The notes: generated from the letters alone by a model not told the origin. A stretch of 64,000 nt of DNA from Candidatus Bathyarchaeota archaeon (GCA_963707955.1 OY970176.1:768001-832000), one strand, 5' to 3'. Counted from the stretch's first letter, positions 48,436 to 57,668 are shown. Translations and numbers: made by a program.

Positions 48436-50010
48436 ATGAGCGACCAAGCAATTGCCGAATTGACAAAACTGCTCAACGAATCAACAGAGGTAAGCCGCCA
48501 GAGAATCTTTTATGTCCTAGATTATGCCGTGAATTATTTCAAAGGTGAACGCAGAATCCCCAAAATAACACACGAATTTCCGACTGAAGTGCAGAAACTC
48601 AAAGAAATGGAGGTAGTCGAAGAAGCCCCGTTATACTGGAAAGGGAACAAATATCTTAGGATCTTTGTAAAGGCTGAAGCCGCTGTCGAGATCTCAAGAT
48701 TGTTGAAAGAGCGATATTATCCAATTTTCACTCTAGATGCTGTGACCGTAAGAATACGAGAGTCAGTCATAAGCGCATTTCCAGCCGCAGCAAGATTGTG
48801 GAGCGGAGTGCAACAGTTCAAGATTGACGAGTATACACTTTCGGAGCCAAGCCTCTACAACCAAGAAGCTATGAACTTCGGCGAAAAATTGATGGCTGCT
48901 GGACTTTGCTATCTGATTGGATATTGGTCGGTAAGCTGGATAAGCTATTCCGACGAGATCATTTTCAGGAAAGAGCCCATTGACGTACGCGATGTCTTCT
49001 TAGAAATCGTTGAGAATGAGATGACAACTGCACTTTCCTCATTTTCAGCAGAGATGAAGTGGTGTCTCTTTCTCAAACACGTCAATCCAAAAGCAGATGA
49101 AAGGTTCTTCTTGAAAAATTCAACGACCTCTTTCTTGCCTAATCAGATAAAGAATGCGCTGGCCAAGCTGCCTTCCCCAGAAATCGCAAAATCCAAGGAG
49201 GCTGTAGAAAGCATCCTAACAGAACAAAGAAAAAGGCTATCAGAAACAATAAGAAGTCTTATTAATCGTGATCCAACAACTGTTGCCGTTCTTGGAACAT
49301 TGTTCACATTGAGCAGGGAAGAGGAGAAATATCGTAAGGTAGATTCATTTTCGTTGGGCAAGATCAAAGAGACCTTGAGGAATTACGACGATTTTGAACA
49401 ATACATTGCATACTTCAAGAGTCTGGGAATTGTCCTGGAATCAACCAACGGCGAAATTCTCATTCCAAAAATAACATGGGAAATTTTCTGTGATGAGATC
49501 AAAGGACGAGCAGTTGAGGTTAAAATTTTCGAAAGCGAACTGGATGGTCAAAGCTTCCTGGAAGAAACCATGAGCAAGGCGACTTCTAGCGTCAAAATCT
49601 GGGATCCATATCTTTCGACGAAAACGCTGACTATACTTGAGAGATCGATCAGATCAAACAAAGTGCAAATAGATATTCTGTCTTCTCATCCAGAGGTTAT
49701 TCCAGATATCATTCATTTGCTGAAAGAAGGAGTTAAAATTGCAGGCAGGTTTGTCTACACCAAGAAAGAAAAGAGTTATTGGTCTCCATGGCACGACAGG
49801 TACTTGATGATTGATACTGACAATGTTTGGCACATTGGTCCATCTCTTCATGCAGCAGGTCAGAAAAAATGGGAAAGTGCTGAACTCTTTGCAAGGGATC
49901 TTGGAAGGCTCATAGCAGATGCATTTAAGTTCAATTTTCGGAAGAACAAAGAGGACTGGGACAGCGAAGGATACACTATCGATAAAGTCGGTCTTGAGGG
50001 TAGTTTCTGA
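48436..50010 (+). CDS. Large protein with a C-terminal PLD-like (HDR) domain
   Basis: IWDPYL, WHDRYLMID and WHIGPSL motifs; GAGGAG SD. Confidence 0.7.
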   Translation: MSDQAIAELTKLLNESTEVSRQRIFYVLDYAVNYFKGERRIPKITHEFPTEVQKLKEMEVVEEAPLYWKGNKYLRIFVKAEAAVEISRLLKERYYPIFTLDAVTVRIRESVISAFPAAARLWSGVQQFKIDEYTLSEPSLYNQEAMNFGEKLMAAGLCYLIGYWSVSWISYSDEIIFRKEPIDVRDVFLEIVENEMTTALSSFSAEMKWCLFLKHVNPKADERFFLKNSTTSFLPNQIKNALAKLPSPEIAKSKEAVESILTEQRKRLSETIRSLINRDPTTVAVLGTLFTLSREEEKYRKVDSFSLGKIKETLRNYDDFEQYIAYFKSLGIVLESTNGEILIPKITWEIFCDEIKGRAVEVKIFESELDGQSFLEETMSKATSSVKIWDPYLSTKTLTILERSIRSNKVQIDILSSHPEVIPDIIHLLKEGVKIAGRFVYTKKEKSYWSPWHDRYLMIDTDNVWHIGPSLHAAGQKKWESAELFARDLGRLIADAFKFNFRKNKEDWDSEGYTIDKVGLEGSF

Positions 50011-50023
50011 CTTTAGCGCGCGG

Positions 50024-50197
50024 TTATTGAAGTTTTGCGCCACACTTTGGGCACTTAAGAGGATAGTTTTCTTTGCTTATCATTTTCAATCCACAGCCGA
50101 AGCAGATACAAATCTTGCACGTTGGGCAATAGTAGTTGCCGCCTTGAATGCGAGTGCCGCACATGCTGCAAAGCTTGGTTAAGCAGTCATCAGGCAT
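50024..50197 (-). CDS. 57-aa RING-like zinc-binding protein (absent from the ORF track)
   Basis: MPDDCLTKLCSMCGTRIQGGNYYCPTCKICICFGCGLKMISKENYPLKCPKCGAKLQ*; four CxxC pairs. Confidence 0.75.
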   Translation of the reverse strand: MPDDCLTKLCSMCGTRIQGGNYYCPTCKICICFGCGLKMISKENYPLKCPKCGAKLQ

Positions 50198-50420
50198 TTG
50201 TTACGCCCGGTGAAAGCAAGATTGGCTATATTGAAGAACGCATGGCTTGAAGGTTAAAGGCGGTTCGTTGATGCAACATTCTTGAGAAATGGTGAGAGTA
50301 GAGTAAAAGTGAACTACTTTCTAACTTGAATGAGTTTGTCTCTGACCGCCTCTGCGCGCGCTTGAGATTAAGATTCGGAATTCACAACCATATTATGTGT
50401 GTGGTCAGTAAACGCTAGGC

Positions 50421-51419
50421 ATGAAAACAGTCGCAACCATTACCATTGGGATTTTACTGGTTGCCGTCGGGGTGCTCGCAGGCTTTCTTGCTGCTCCAAT
50501 TTTCCAATCAAACACTTCGACATATACAGGTCCCGAGTACTTGATAATATCCAACATGGATGGTGTTGTCGGACCCGATGAATGGATTGCAGTGACAGTT
50601 AACAATACAGGGATTGCTGCGTCGACAATAGCCAAGGTCTTGGTGAACAACGTTACGCAGATGTCAGTCAACCCATCGCTTCCGCTGACAGTTGCAGAAG
50701 ACGGCGGCGTCGTCCTCAACATCACGATGAATGTTGCTGAAGAAAGTTATCAGATAGAGCTGCTAACATCGAGGGGAAATTCGTTTTCAATTTCCACTCA
50801 AGTCACTTCTGGCGTCATACTGACCCCGGCAAACGTCAATTTCTACGGAACCGCAAATGACAAAATAGATATTGACATAGAAAACACGGGAACTTCTGAC
50901 GCACACCTAATCCAGGTCTACGTTGGGACATCATCGTCAACGTTGCAGAATGAAACGAACTCATCTCTTCCGGTAACGTGCGCGGCAGGCCACGTAGTGA
51001 GAATTACGGTGGACTATAACTGGACGTCAGGCGGAACGTACTACTTCAAAGTCATAGCTCAAGAGCAGATCCTAGGACCATGGGCAGAGCAAGCACCAGT
51101 AACATACGACTTTATAGGAACCACATCTATAACAATCACCGACGTCAGTTTTACAGGAAACAGCGGCCAAGGCAACAACACGATCGTCCTAACTCTGAAG
51201 AACACTGGAACTGAGCAGGTGACTGTCGGCCAAATAAAAGTTAACAACATCATAGCATCCTTTGACACAACCAATGCGACATTACTTTCAGGAGCCAATA
51301 ATGTGTTGCTAACAGTCTACAACGTCGGTTGGTCAAATGGAAACCCGTACAAGATTGACTTGTTTGATGCTAGTGGTAACGGAGTGGGTTCCACTCAGCA
51401 GAACGCGCCTGGAGCATAG
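50421..51419 (+). CDS. Membrane-anchored surface protein with three pilin/archaellin-like Ig repeats
   Basis: N-terminal TM; repeated V.NTG...I..V.VN and Y.I...T..GN patterns. Confidence 0.75.
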   Translation: MKTVATITIGILLVAVGVLAGFLAAPIFQSNTSTYTGPEYLIISNMDGVVGPDEWIAVTVNNTGIAASTIAKVLVNNVTQMSVNPSLPLTVAEDGGVVLNITMNVAEESYQIELLTSRGNSFSISTQVTSGVILTPANVNFYGTANDKIDIDIENTGTSDAHLIQVYVGTSSSTLQNETNSSLPVTCAAGHVVRITVDYNWTSGGTYYFKVIAQEQILGPWAEQAPVTYDFIGTTSITITDVSFTGNSGQGNNTIVLTLKNTGTEQVTVGQIKVNNIIASFDTTNATLLSGANNVLLTVYNVGWSNGNPYKIDLFDASGNGVGSTQQNAPGA

Positions 51420-51663
51420 ACTTGGCATGAGTGTAGAAGACTACAGAAGGAAACTTTCAAGCGCGTCCTAATGGATTCGTCGTTCACGCGCGCGCTCGCA
51501 ATGGGCTCGACCATTGAGCAGTCCTATGGAGAATTGAGAAAACCAAGTATATAATATAGAATTGGTTTGCCCTGTTTTCCATAGGACAGTCTAAGCAGGC
51601 TAAGACGTTGATGCAAGGGCGTGTGCAAGAGAGCAAAATCGTTGCGTTCGCTCAGCGAGCGAT

Positions 51664-51777
51664 TTAGTATTCTTCCCTCTTCCAGATGTTGTACGGGCAC
51701 TGTCTCCAGCAGTACGTGCTGCCCTTGTAAATGCAACCCTGACATTCAAGTCTGTCAAACCGCCTACGCCTGCTCAT
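51664..51777 (-). CDS. 37-aa Cys-rich micro-protein
   Basis: MSRRRRFDRLECQGCIYKGSTYCWRQCPYNIWKREEY*; CCTTAAT upstream. Confidence 0.55.
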   Translation of the reverse strand: MSRRRRFDRLECQGCIYKGSTYCWRQCPYNIWKREEY

Positions 51778-51932
51778 AAACAGACTCTCAATACCCTAAT
51801 GAACTTCTTTCTCATTAAGGCTTAGATTTTGTCGGAGCGTGTAGTCCTGGCGCGCGCTCTGAATGGGAACGAAAACAACGGCGTAACTCATTTATTTCTC
51901 ATCACGCTTTTAACCCTTTTACTATTCGCGCG

Positions 51933-52424
51933 CTAGCTCCTTAACATTGCAGTTTGAGCGCCAGATTTTTCGATAGCCAAGACTAAGGCATACCCTATAA
52001 TGTTCATTGAGATTATTGAACCCAACAGGACTCCAATGAACCCTACCTCCAAAGGAACGCCGAAAAGCAAGGCCAAATAGGAACCAACGATGCCTGAGAC
52101 TATTATGTTCTGCGCAACTGTAGCAGCAAACCGAGAACCAGCGAAGTTTCTGGAGGCAATTCTCCAGCCGACGTACGCAGCAAGGAAGTTTGCTATTGAG
52201 CCTCCAATGATGTCGATGTAGCCTAGCCCGCCATATATATTTGCTACAATGTTCCCTAACGTCACTCCCAAGACTACGGGCATTCCGAACACAATGGATA
52301 GGGGGATCAAAGCATCTGCAACTCTCACCTGAAACAGCAGAAAACTTATGGGAGCAAGGAGAATGACACCGGCGGCATACAAAGCAGCGATGACACATCC
52401 TAATGTTATCTTTCTAGTTTCCAA
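51933..52424 (-). CDS. queT: QueT-family transporter
   Basis: IAALY...PISF..FQVRVADAL, GVTLG..AN and D...G motifs; GGGAGGTGG SD. Confidence 0.88.
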   Translation of the reverse strand: METRKITLGCVIAALYAAGVILLAPISFLLFQVRVADALIPLSIVFGMPVVLGVTLGNIVANIYGGLGYIDIIGGSIANFLAAYVGWRIASRNFAGSRFAATVAQNIIVSGIVGSYLALLFGVPLEVGFIGVLLGSIISMNIIGYALVLAIEKSGAQTAMLRS

Positions 52425-52487
52425 TCTACCACCTCCCGACCGGGGTTTCTAAAGCGGAACGTTGGGAGGCCCCACCACCCGCTAAAT
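52425..52487 (-). promoter_or_regulatory. Structured GC-rich 5' leader of queT (riboswitch-like candidate)
   Basis: AGCGG/CCGCT stem enclosing CCTCCC, which is complementary to the GGGAGG SD; CTTTATTT box at about 52509-52516. Confidence 0.4.
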
Positions 52488-52528
52488 AGGGCATTTTCAG
52501 TCTTCTACAAATAAAGCTTTGGCAGTCA

Positions 52529-52936
52529 TTACCTTACTTTGCTAAGCGAATCTATGAGTTCATCCATACTTTTGCAGATTTTAATCAGCGCAACTTCCAA
52601 CATAAGATTCACCTCTTCCATTTCTGAAAAGGTGCGGTAATCCGTCTTAAGCCCAACAATAGGCTTGCCCAACGCCGTGGCATAGCCCATTTCATATGCC
52701 ACACCCGCGTCGACTTCCACGCCGTCTAGGACTGCTGCTATCGCGTCGCTTGCCTTCAAGGCCGAGATGTCACCTTCGTAGATCCTCTTCTTCTCTTTGT
52801 GAGTGCCCTGCTGAATGAAGGGAGCTTCTTGGGCAAGCCAGACCTCAAACCCATTTTCTCTCAGTCTCTTGGCTATTTTGGAATTGAACTCTCGCTCAGC
52901 CTCGCTAAACAATGGTGCAGCAAGAAAAACTTTCAT
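52529..52936 (-). CDS. Nucleoside 2-deoxyribosyltransferase / N-glycosidase family
   Basis: FLAAPLF..AE, D...L..SD, DAGVAYEMGYA.ALGKP and NLML motifs. Confidence 0.88.
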   Translation of the reverse strand: MKVFLAAPLFSEAEREFNSKIAKRLRENGFEVWLAQEAPFIQQGTHKEKKRIYEGDISALKASDAIAAVLDGVEVDAGVAYEMGYATALGKPIVGLKTDYRTFSEMEEVNLMLEVALIKICKSMDELIDSLSKVR

Positions 52937-53065
52937 TTCTACAAGTCACCTCACTCTACATGCGTAGCAATGTACCTACGTACATAAGGATATAATGCAC
53001 GCGCTTTCAGCGATTAGAGAGACTGTTGCCGTTGTTCATTATAGTTGGGGCAAGGCGCGCGCGCT

Positions 53066-53945
53066 CTATTTCGTAAGAATGGGTTTAGCGATGTTTTCCA
53101 CGACTAAACGAGCCATCTTATCAATGTTGCTGAGGGTATCTGCTCCTAAGGATGCAAAGCTCTTCGGAATCATGTCAAGCAACCGCGTAGAATATTCTGT
53201 AGGAAGGTAGGAAAGGCTCTCAGCCAGAAGCCTCTTCATCTTCCCACATAATCTTTTATCAGACAGAAGAGGAGCGGCGCAGCCTGCGGGTTTTAGGCAC
53301 GAAACTAAGCAAAGAATCTCGGCGAGTGGTTTCTCTCTTGACACTTCCCACGAACGTTCGTCGCTTTCAGTAACTGTGAGCAAGTGCTTTGTAAAGGCTA
53401 ATTGGTCTTCAACGTAGCCTCGCCCGTAAAGGAGACGAGAGACCTCATAATCTTTCACCGCTATGGATATCAGGTAAAACAGGTTGGTTGCATATTGTCT
53501 TGAAACGTTGAAACGGCCAATAAAGTCTAAGAGTGGGAGTGGAAGCGGTAGAAGATAGTAGCTTGGGCTGCCGTGCAAAACTGAATGCCCAACCTCGTGT
53601 CGGATTCCTCCCACTTGAACCAGCTTCGGCAGCTTCCATTCTTTCGAGGCAGAGAATGATGCGGGAAATGCCTCTATAAGCGTCATGCATAGCAAAAAAC
53701 AGCTCGTCAAAGGATGACGAACTGACTCCAACTTCCTTAGATTCTTTTGCAGTGAAAGCCTCCATTGATGAGGAATACTTAAAAATGTATAAGTCTACTA
53801 GGGCAACCTCATGGGGCTCAAGTCTACTGTAGCATTCCTTCATGACCTTAATGATGTAATCTGCTTCTTCATCCTTGATGTTGCCAAACTTTGACATAAC
53901 GATTCTCGGGTCTTTCACAGTATTGGTTATATCACGATAAGCCAT
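53066..53945 (-). CDS. HExxH-containing hypothetical protein, frameshifted near 53638
   Basis: The 53445-53945 frame (...IILCLERM) continues as KLPKLVQVGGIRHEVGHSVLHG in the 53066 frame. Confidence 0.65.
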
Positions 53946-54067
53946 TTATGTTCCATCCGTGAATCTTCGTTGAATCTTTCTAGATACAGTGATAGTCAAA
54001 TCTATTCCAGATTTCAAACTCTTTTATAGATCTCGGCTCTCAGCTGTGATTAAAGTCTGGTGGTAAA

Positions 54068-54205
54068 ATGGTTAGAATACTGGGCATTGTTGGAAGCCCG
54101 AGGAAGGGTGGAAACACTGAGACTGCGGTAAGAGAGGCTTTGACGGCGGCTGAGCGTGAAGGAGCCGAAACAGAACTTTTGCAGCTTGTTGATTTTTGCC
54201 TTTGA
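54068..54205 (+). pseudogene. N-terminal fragment of an iron-sulfur flavoprotein / flavodoxin-family gene
   Basis: [45 protein letters not shown]; stops just before the expected Cys cluster. Confidence 0.78.
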
Positions 54206-54462
54206 TTGGTCTCTGCATCGATCGATCTGTTTTTTCTTCTGCTTTTTTTCTGCAGACTTCAGCGGGAGTTTTCCTTCAAAACCAATGTCTTTCTCTCCTT
54301 TCCCTCTGTATGTGCTCGTGTGCGCCTGCGTGCGCTAGTGAGGCTTACAAGGCTAACCTGGCTAATCAGGCTTATACAGCGCGCGCACGAAGAAAAAATA
54401 GGGAAAATTATGTGTATAACCATTCCCTCAATCAATAATGACTCAACAATTTAGTAATAGAG

Positions 54463-54543
54463 TTACTTCTTTTCCTCTGGCTTTTTCTCTGCGGGTTTCT
54501 TTTCCTCTTTTTTCTCTTCTTTCTTCTTTCGCTTCAAGGGCAC
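54463..54543 (-). CDS. 26-aa Lys/Glu-rich peptide
   Basis: GGGGGTGA SD then GTG; MPLKRKKKEEKKEEKKPAEKKPEEKK*. Confidence 0.5.
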   Translation of the reverse strand: MPLKRKKKEEKKEEKKPAEKKPEEKK

Positions 54544-54682
54544 GTCAATCACCCCCCGCTTATTCCTTTGATGCTTTCTTAAAAGGCCTTGGTTAGGAGA
54601 GCGCGCGTGGATTTTTCAGGAATCTCTCCTCTCTTAGTGCGCGCGAGCTGAAGGAGATACTCCTGAAAAGCATGCGCAGCTC

Positions 54683-54820
54683 CTAAACCTTCTTTCCATA
54701 TTCACGGAACTTTTTCCCGCAACACTCGTACTGCTTAACATGTATCTTTTTGTTCCTGCCCATATTCCACTCCTTTATCGGCGTTTCAACTTCTTTTCCA
54801 CAGGTCGGACACTTGGCCAT
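54683..54820 (-). CDS. 45-aa Cren7-like zinc-ribbon chromatin protein
   Basis: GGAGGTGA SD; MAKCPTCGKEVETPIKEWNMGRNKKIHVKQYECCGKKFREYGKKV* with the Cren7-like P.K.W...GK.FR pattern. Confidence 0.72.
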   Translation of the reverse strand: MAKCPTCGKEVETPIKEWNMGRNKKIHVKQYECCGKKFREYGKKV

Positions 54821-54892
54821 TTGTCTGTCACCTCCTTCAAAGGTTTTAAGATTAAAAAACAGGGTATTAAAAACAAGGCGTTATTTCCGCGT

Positions 54893-54997
54893 CTATAGGG
54901 CTCCGTAGAGCTTGGTTCCACACCTAATGCCCCATTCTTCTTCTTCCTCTGGTTCCTCTTCCTCTTCTTCTCCCTCTTCTTCTTCCTCTTCGCTCAT
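54893..54997 (-). CDS. 34-aa poly-Glu acidic peptide
   Basis: MSEEEEEEGEEEEEEPEEEEEWGIRCGTKLYGAL*; mixed GAA/GAG codons argue for coding. Confidence 0.5.
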   Translation of the reverse strand: MSEEEEEEGEEEEEEPEEEEEWGIRCGTKLYGAL

Positions 54998-55247
54998 AGC
55001 GTTGTGTCCCAAAATTAGCGCCCTTAGGTCAAGGCTATAGCGCTGTTAATAAGCGTGTTGATAGTCAAGCACGCTCCTTAAAAATACTATATACGAGGAT
55101 GCATAGCGCGCGCTAGCTTGTCCCTAAATTAGTTAATGCTTATTTTGGTACGTGGGGTCTCGTATTTTGTGGCTTACGTCCAAGCCTAGGAGGTGACGCG
55201 CGCGCCCTACCAATCTTCTTCCTCTAGTTAAAACTATAAGCCCACTT

Positions 55248-55844
55248 TTAAATGGCGTTCTTATATCCTTTCGCCACCAACCTTTTGTGGATGGAGTTCT
55301 TCAAAGCGCCCAATCCTGCTCCTGTCTTTGCGCTCACTGGGAATACGTGCTCTCCAACAGCAAATGGATAACCCTTGCCTATTTGATGTATGAACGCTTC
55401 ACTGTTGACCTTTAACTCCTCCTTATTCACCTTATCTATCTTGTTAGCCGCCACCAAAGGAAACTCACCTGAAGTCTCCGTCAAAAACTGAACCATCTCC
55501 ACGTCCACTGAGATAAAACCCTTCTTCTCCAAACGCCACGTTACCTCCGAGAACGTGGATATGTCTAAAACATGGACGGCCAAAGCTATGTTCTGAGCAT
55601 AGGACTCCAGAAACTCGATGATCTGATCATTTTTCTTATCCTCCAAACGTTTGGAAGCTCTCATCATCCTACCAAACCCTGGCATATCTACAAGCACCAA
55701 ATCGCCACTCAAGGGATATTTTGAAATCCGTCGCGTAGTTCCTGGACGTTTACCGACTGCCACATCCAAGCCTACGACTTCTCTGATGATGCTACTCTTG
55801 CCCGCATTAGGCCTTCCAGTGAAAACCAAATACCTCTCACGCAT
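55248..55844 (-). CDS. engB: EngB/YihA-family GTPase
   Basis: GRPNAGKSS, PGTTR, DMPGFG, NKID and SAK motifs. Confidence 0.9.
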   Translation of the reverse strand: MRERYLVFTGRPNAGKSSIIREVVGLDVAVGKRPGTTRRISKYPLSGDLVLVDMPGFGRMMRASKRLEDKKNDQIIEFLESYAQNIALAVHVLDISTFSEVTWRLEKKGFISVDVEMVQFLTETSGEFPLVAANKIDKVNKEELKVNSEAFIHQIGKGYPFAVGEHVFPVSAKTGAGLGALKNSIHKRLVAKGYKNAI

Positions 55845-56167
55845 ACTGAATATTACATAAGACGCAGTATACTTGAATGTATCCTAGCCCACAATTTCCG
55901 AGTTACAAAAACTACGGCAAACAGTTTGGTCTTTCTTTAACACAGCTCCATCTCAAGGTCTTTAATGAACGCTATGCAGTCTTTTCTTGGAATACTTGCT
56001 CCCCCTAGTATTTTTCTGTGCTTCAAACAGTCTCCCTGTCGAAGTTTAAAAGTCCGCAGAGAGCGCGCGCTATTTTTGCAGCAAGGAAACTAATCACCGA
56101 TGATGAGCCAGAACCTGACCCATCGGAAGGTTTATCCAAGTGTACAATGTAACCACCAGAGGTCTTA

Positions 56168-56914
56168 ATGCAGATACAAGAGATGCAAATTGAAGTCAAT
56201 AAGTTTTTAGAGTCTTTGAATGTTGACATGCGAGTTATCATTGTTACCAATTGTCGGGACGACATAGCAAAGGCTATCGGACTATATATTAACGACACGA
56301 TTCCTGTCGTGAATCTGAAAGTCAACGTAGCTTTCGGAAACGTGTCCGTAAACAAGGATTATTTGAACAGAACTCTAACCTACGATGAACAAAGGTTCAT
56401 GTTGGCACATGAAACTTCCCACATCTATCTTAATCATGTTGTACCTCGCGCTATTGATGGATTCATCGATGAACTCATAAGAAACTGCAACCGCGATGTT
56501 CACGCCTTTCTAAATGGGGCAAAAGTGTTTTTGTATCTACTCAATATCCCTCTCCCTTTGTCTGTCATCGCTAAAGAGCAAGAAATAGCTGCCGATGTCA
56601 GAGCAATATCTCTAACAGGAAATGAGAATGCTGCTATCAGTTGTTTAACCAAACTTGTCAATGGAAATCTAGATGACACCTCCCATACTTGGGAAGCACT
56701 CGGTGTCAAAATGCCCGTCATGACTATGAAAGAACGTATCCAAGAGATACAGCGAAGATTATCCAGTCTATGTCAATATGGCTCCAAACCATCTTCATGT
56801 CTGAAATCATCCGAAATTTCACAGGGAAAACCATTCGACGCAGACTTCACAGAACCTCAAAAAGCAATACCGCAAAAAATCAAATCATCACCCGACTTGC
56901 ACCACGAAGACTAA
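56168..56914 (+). CDS. M48-like zinc metallopeptidase
   Basis: LAHETSH, QEIAAD and a SH...ERI motif; the C-terminal tail may be read-through. Confidence 0.75.
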   Translation: MQIQEMQIEVNKFLESLNVDMRVIIVTNCRDDIAKAIGLYINDTIPVVNLKVNVAFGNVSVNKDYLNRTLTYDEQRFMLAHETSHIYLNHVVPRAIDGFIDELIRNCNRDVHAFLNGAKVFLYLLNIPLPLSVIAKEQEIAADVRAISLTGNENAAISCLTKLVNGNLDDTSHTWEALGVKMPVMTMKERIQEIQRRLSSLCQYGSKPSSCLKSSEISQGKPFDADFTEPQKAIPQKIKSSPDLHHED

Positions 56915-57154
56915 TCACCCGACGATAGACCAGAACCCAGAGCGCGCGCTAAGTTCGCTCAGTCTTCAACGCTCCACTGAATATATTTCTGATAGAAGCA
57001 CTAATCCTTTCTCCAAATATAAGTAGAGGACCATTAAAGTGACCCTGAAACTTAGCGCACGCTATCATTTGTAACAACTACTCGCGCTTTTGGAATGACC
57101 AGTGATGAGAGTTGAGTGTGCGAGGTGTGAAATTGGTCGAGCTGAAAAGAGCGT

Positions 57155-57412
57155 TTAAGTGCTAGTGACTATTTCTGCTCCTGCGGCTACAGGTCCTGGT
57201 GTCGTGATTTTGATTCTTAAATGGTCTCCGAGCTTTGCGTTACCAATGAAAACTGGGAAACCGTTGATTCTGGCTATGCCTTCCCCTTGAGGGCTTGTTT
57301 CGGTTATATCCACTTCGTATTCTTTTCCAGTCTCAACTGGGCAGTTTTCAATGCCTCTGCCACGTTTGCTCTTGGCATTTCTCGGGCTTCTTTTTCGCGG
57401 ACTCATCGGCAT
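57155..57412 (-). CDS. Single TRAM-domain RNA-binding protein
   Basis: PVETGKEYEVDI....GEGIARINGFPVFI..AKLGD. Confidence 0.88.
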   Translation of the reverse strand: MPMSPRKRSPRNAKSKRGRGIENCPVETGKEYEVDITETSPQGEGIARINGFPVFIGNAKLGDHLRIKITTPGPVAAGAEIVTST

Positions 57413-57668
57413 CTTCCTTTTTCTGCTTTTTTGATGATGTGATTATCGTCCCTCAGTGGCTTAAGTGTTCCGCATTTTACTGCTCGCGCTAACCCAATTG
57501 AAAGTGCGATAATCTATAGCCGCGCGCGCTACCTCTTTGTTGTCTCAAAACCCGAAACAAGCAAAGTCTGCCTATTTCTAACCTCTTAGTTCTCTCAAGA
57601 CTCTTTGCTATGGCAGTCTGAGCCCCATGGGTTTCATATAATAGGAATGGAAGAACAATAGTCGGAGT

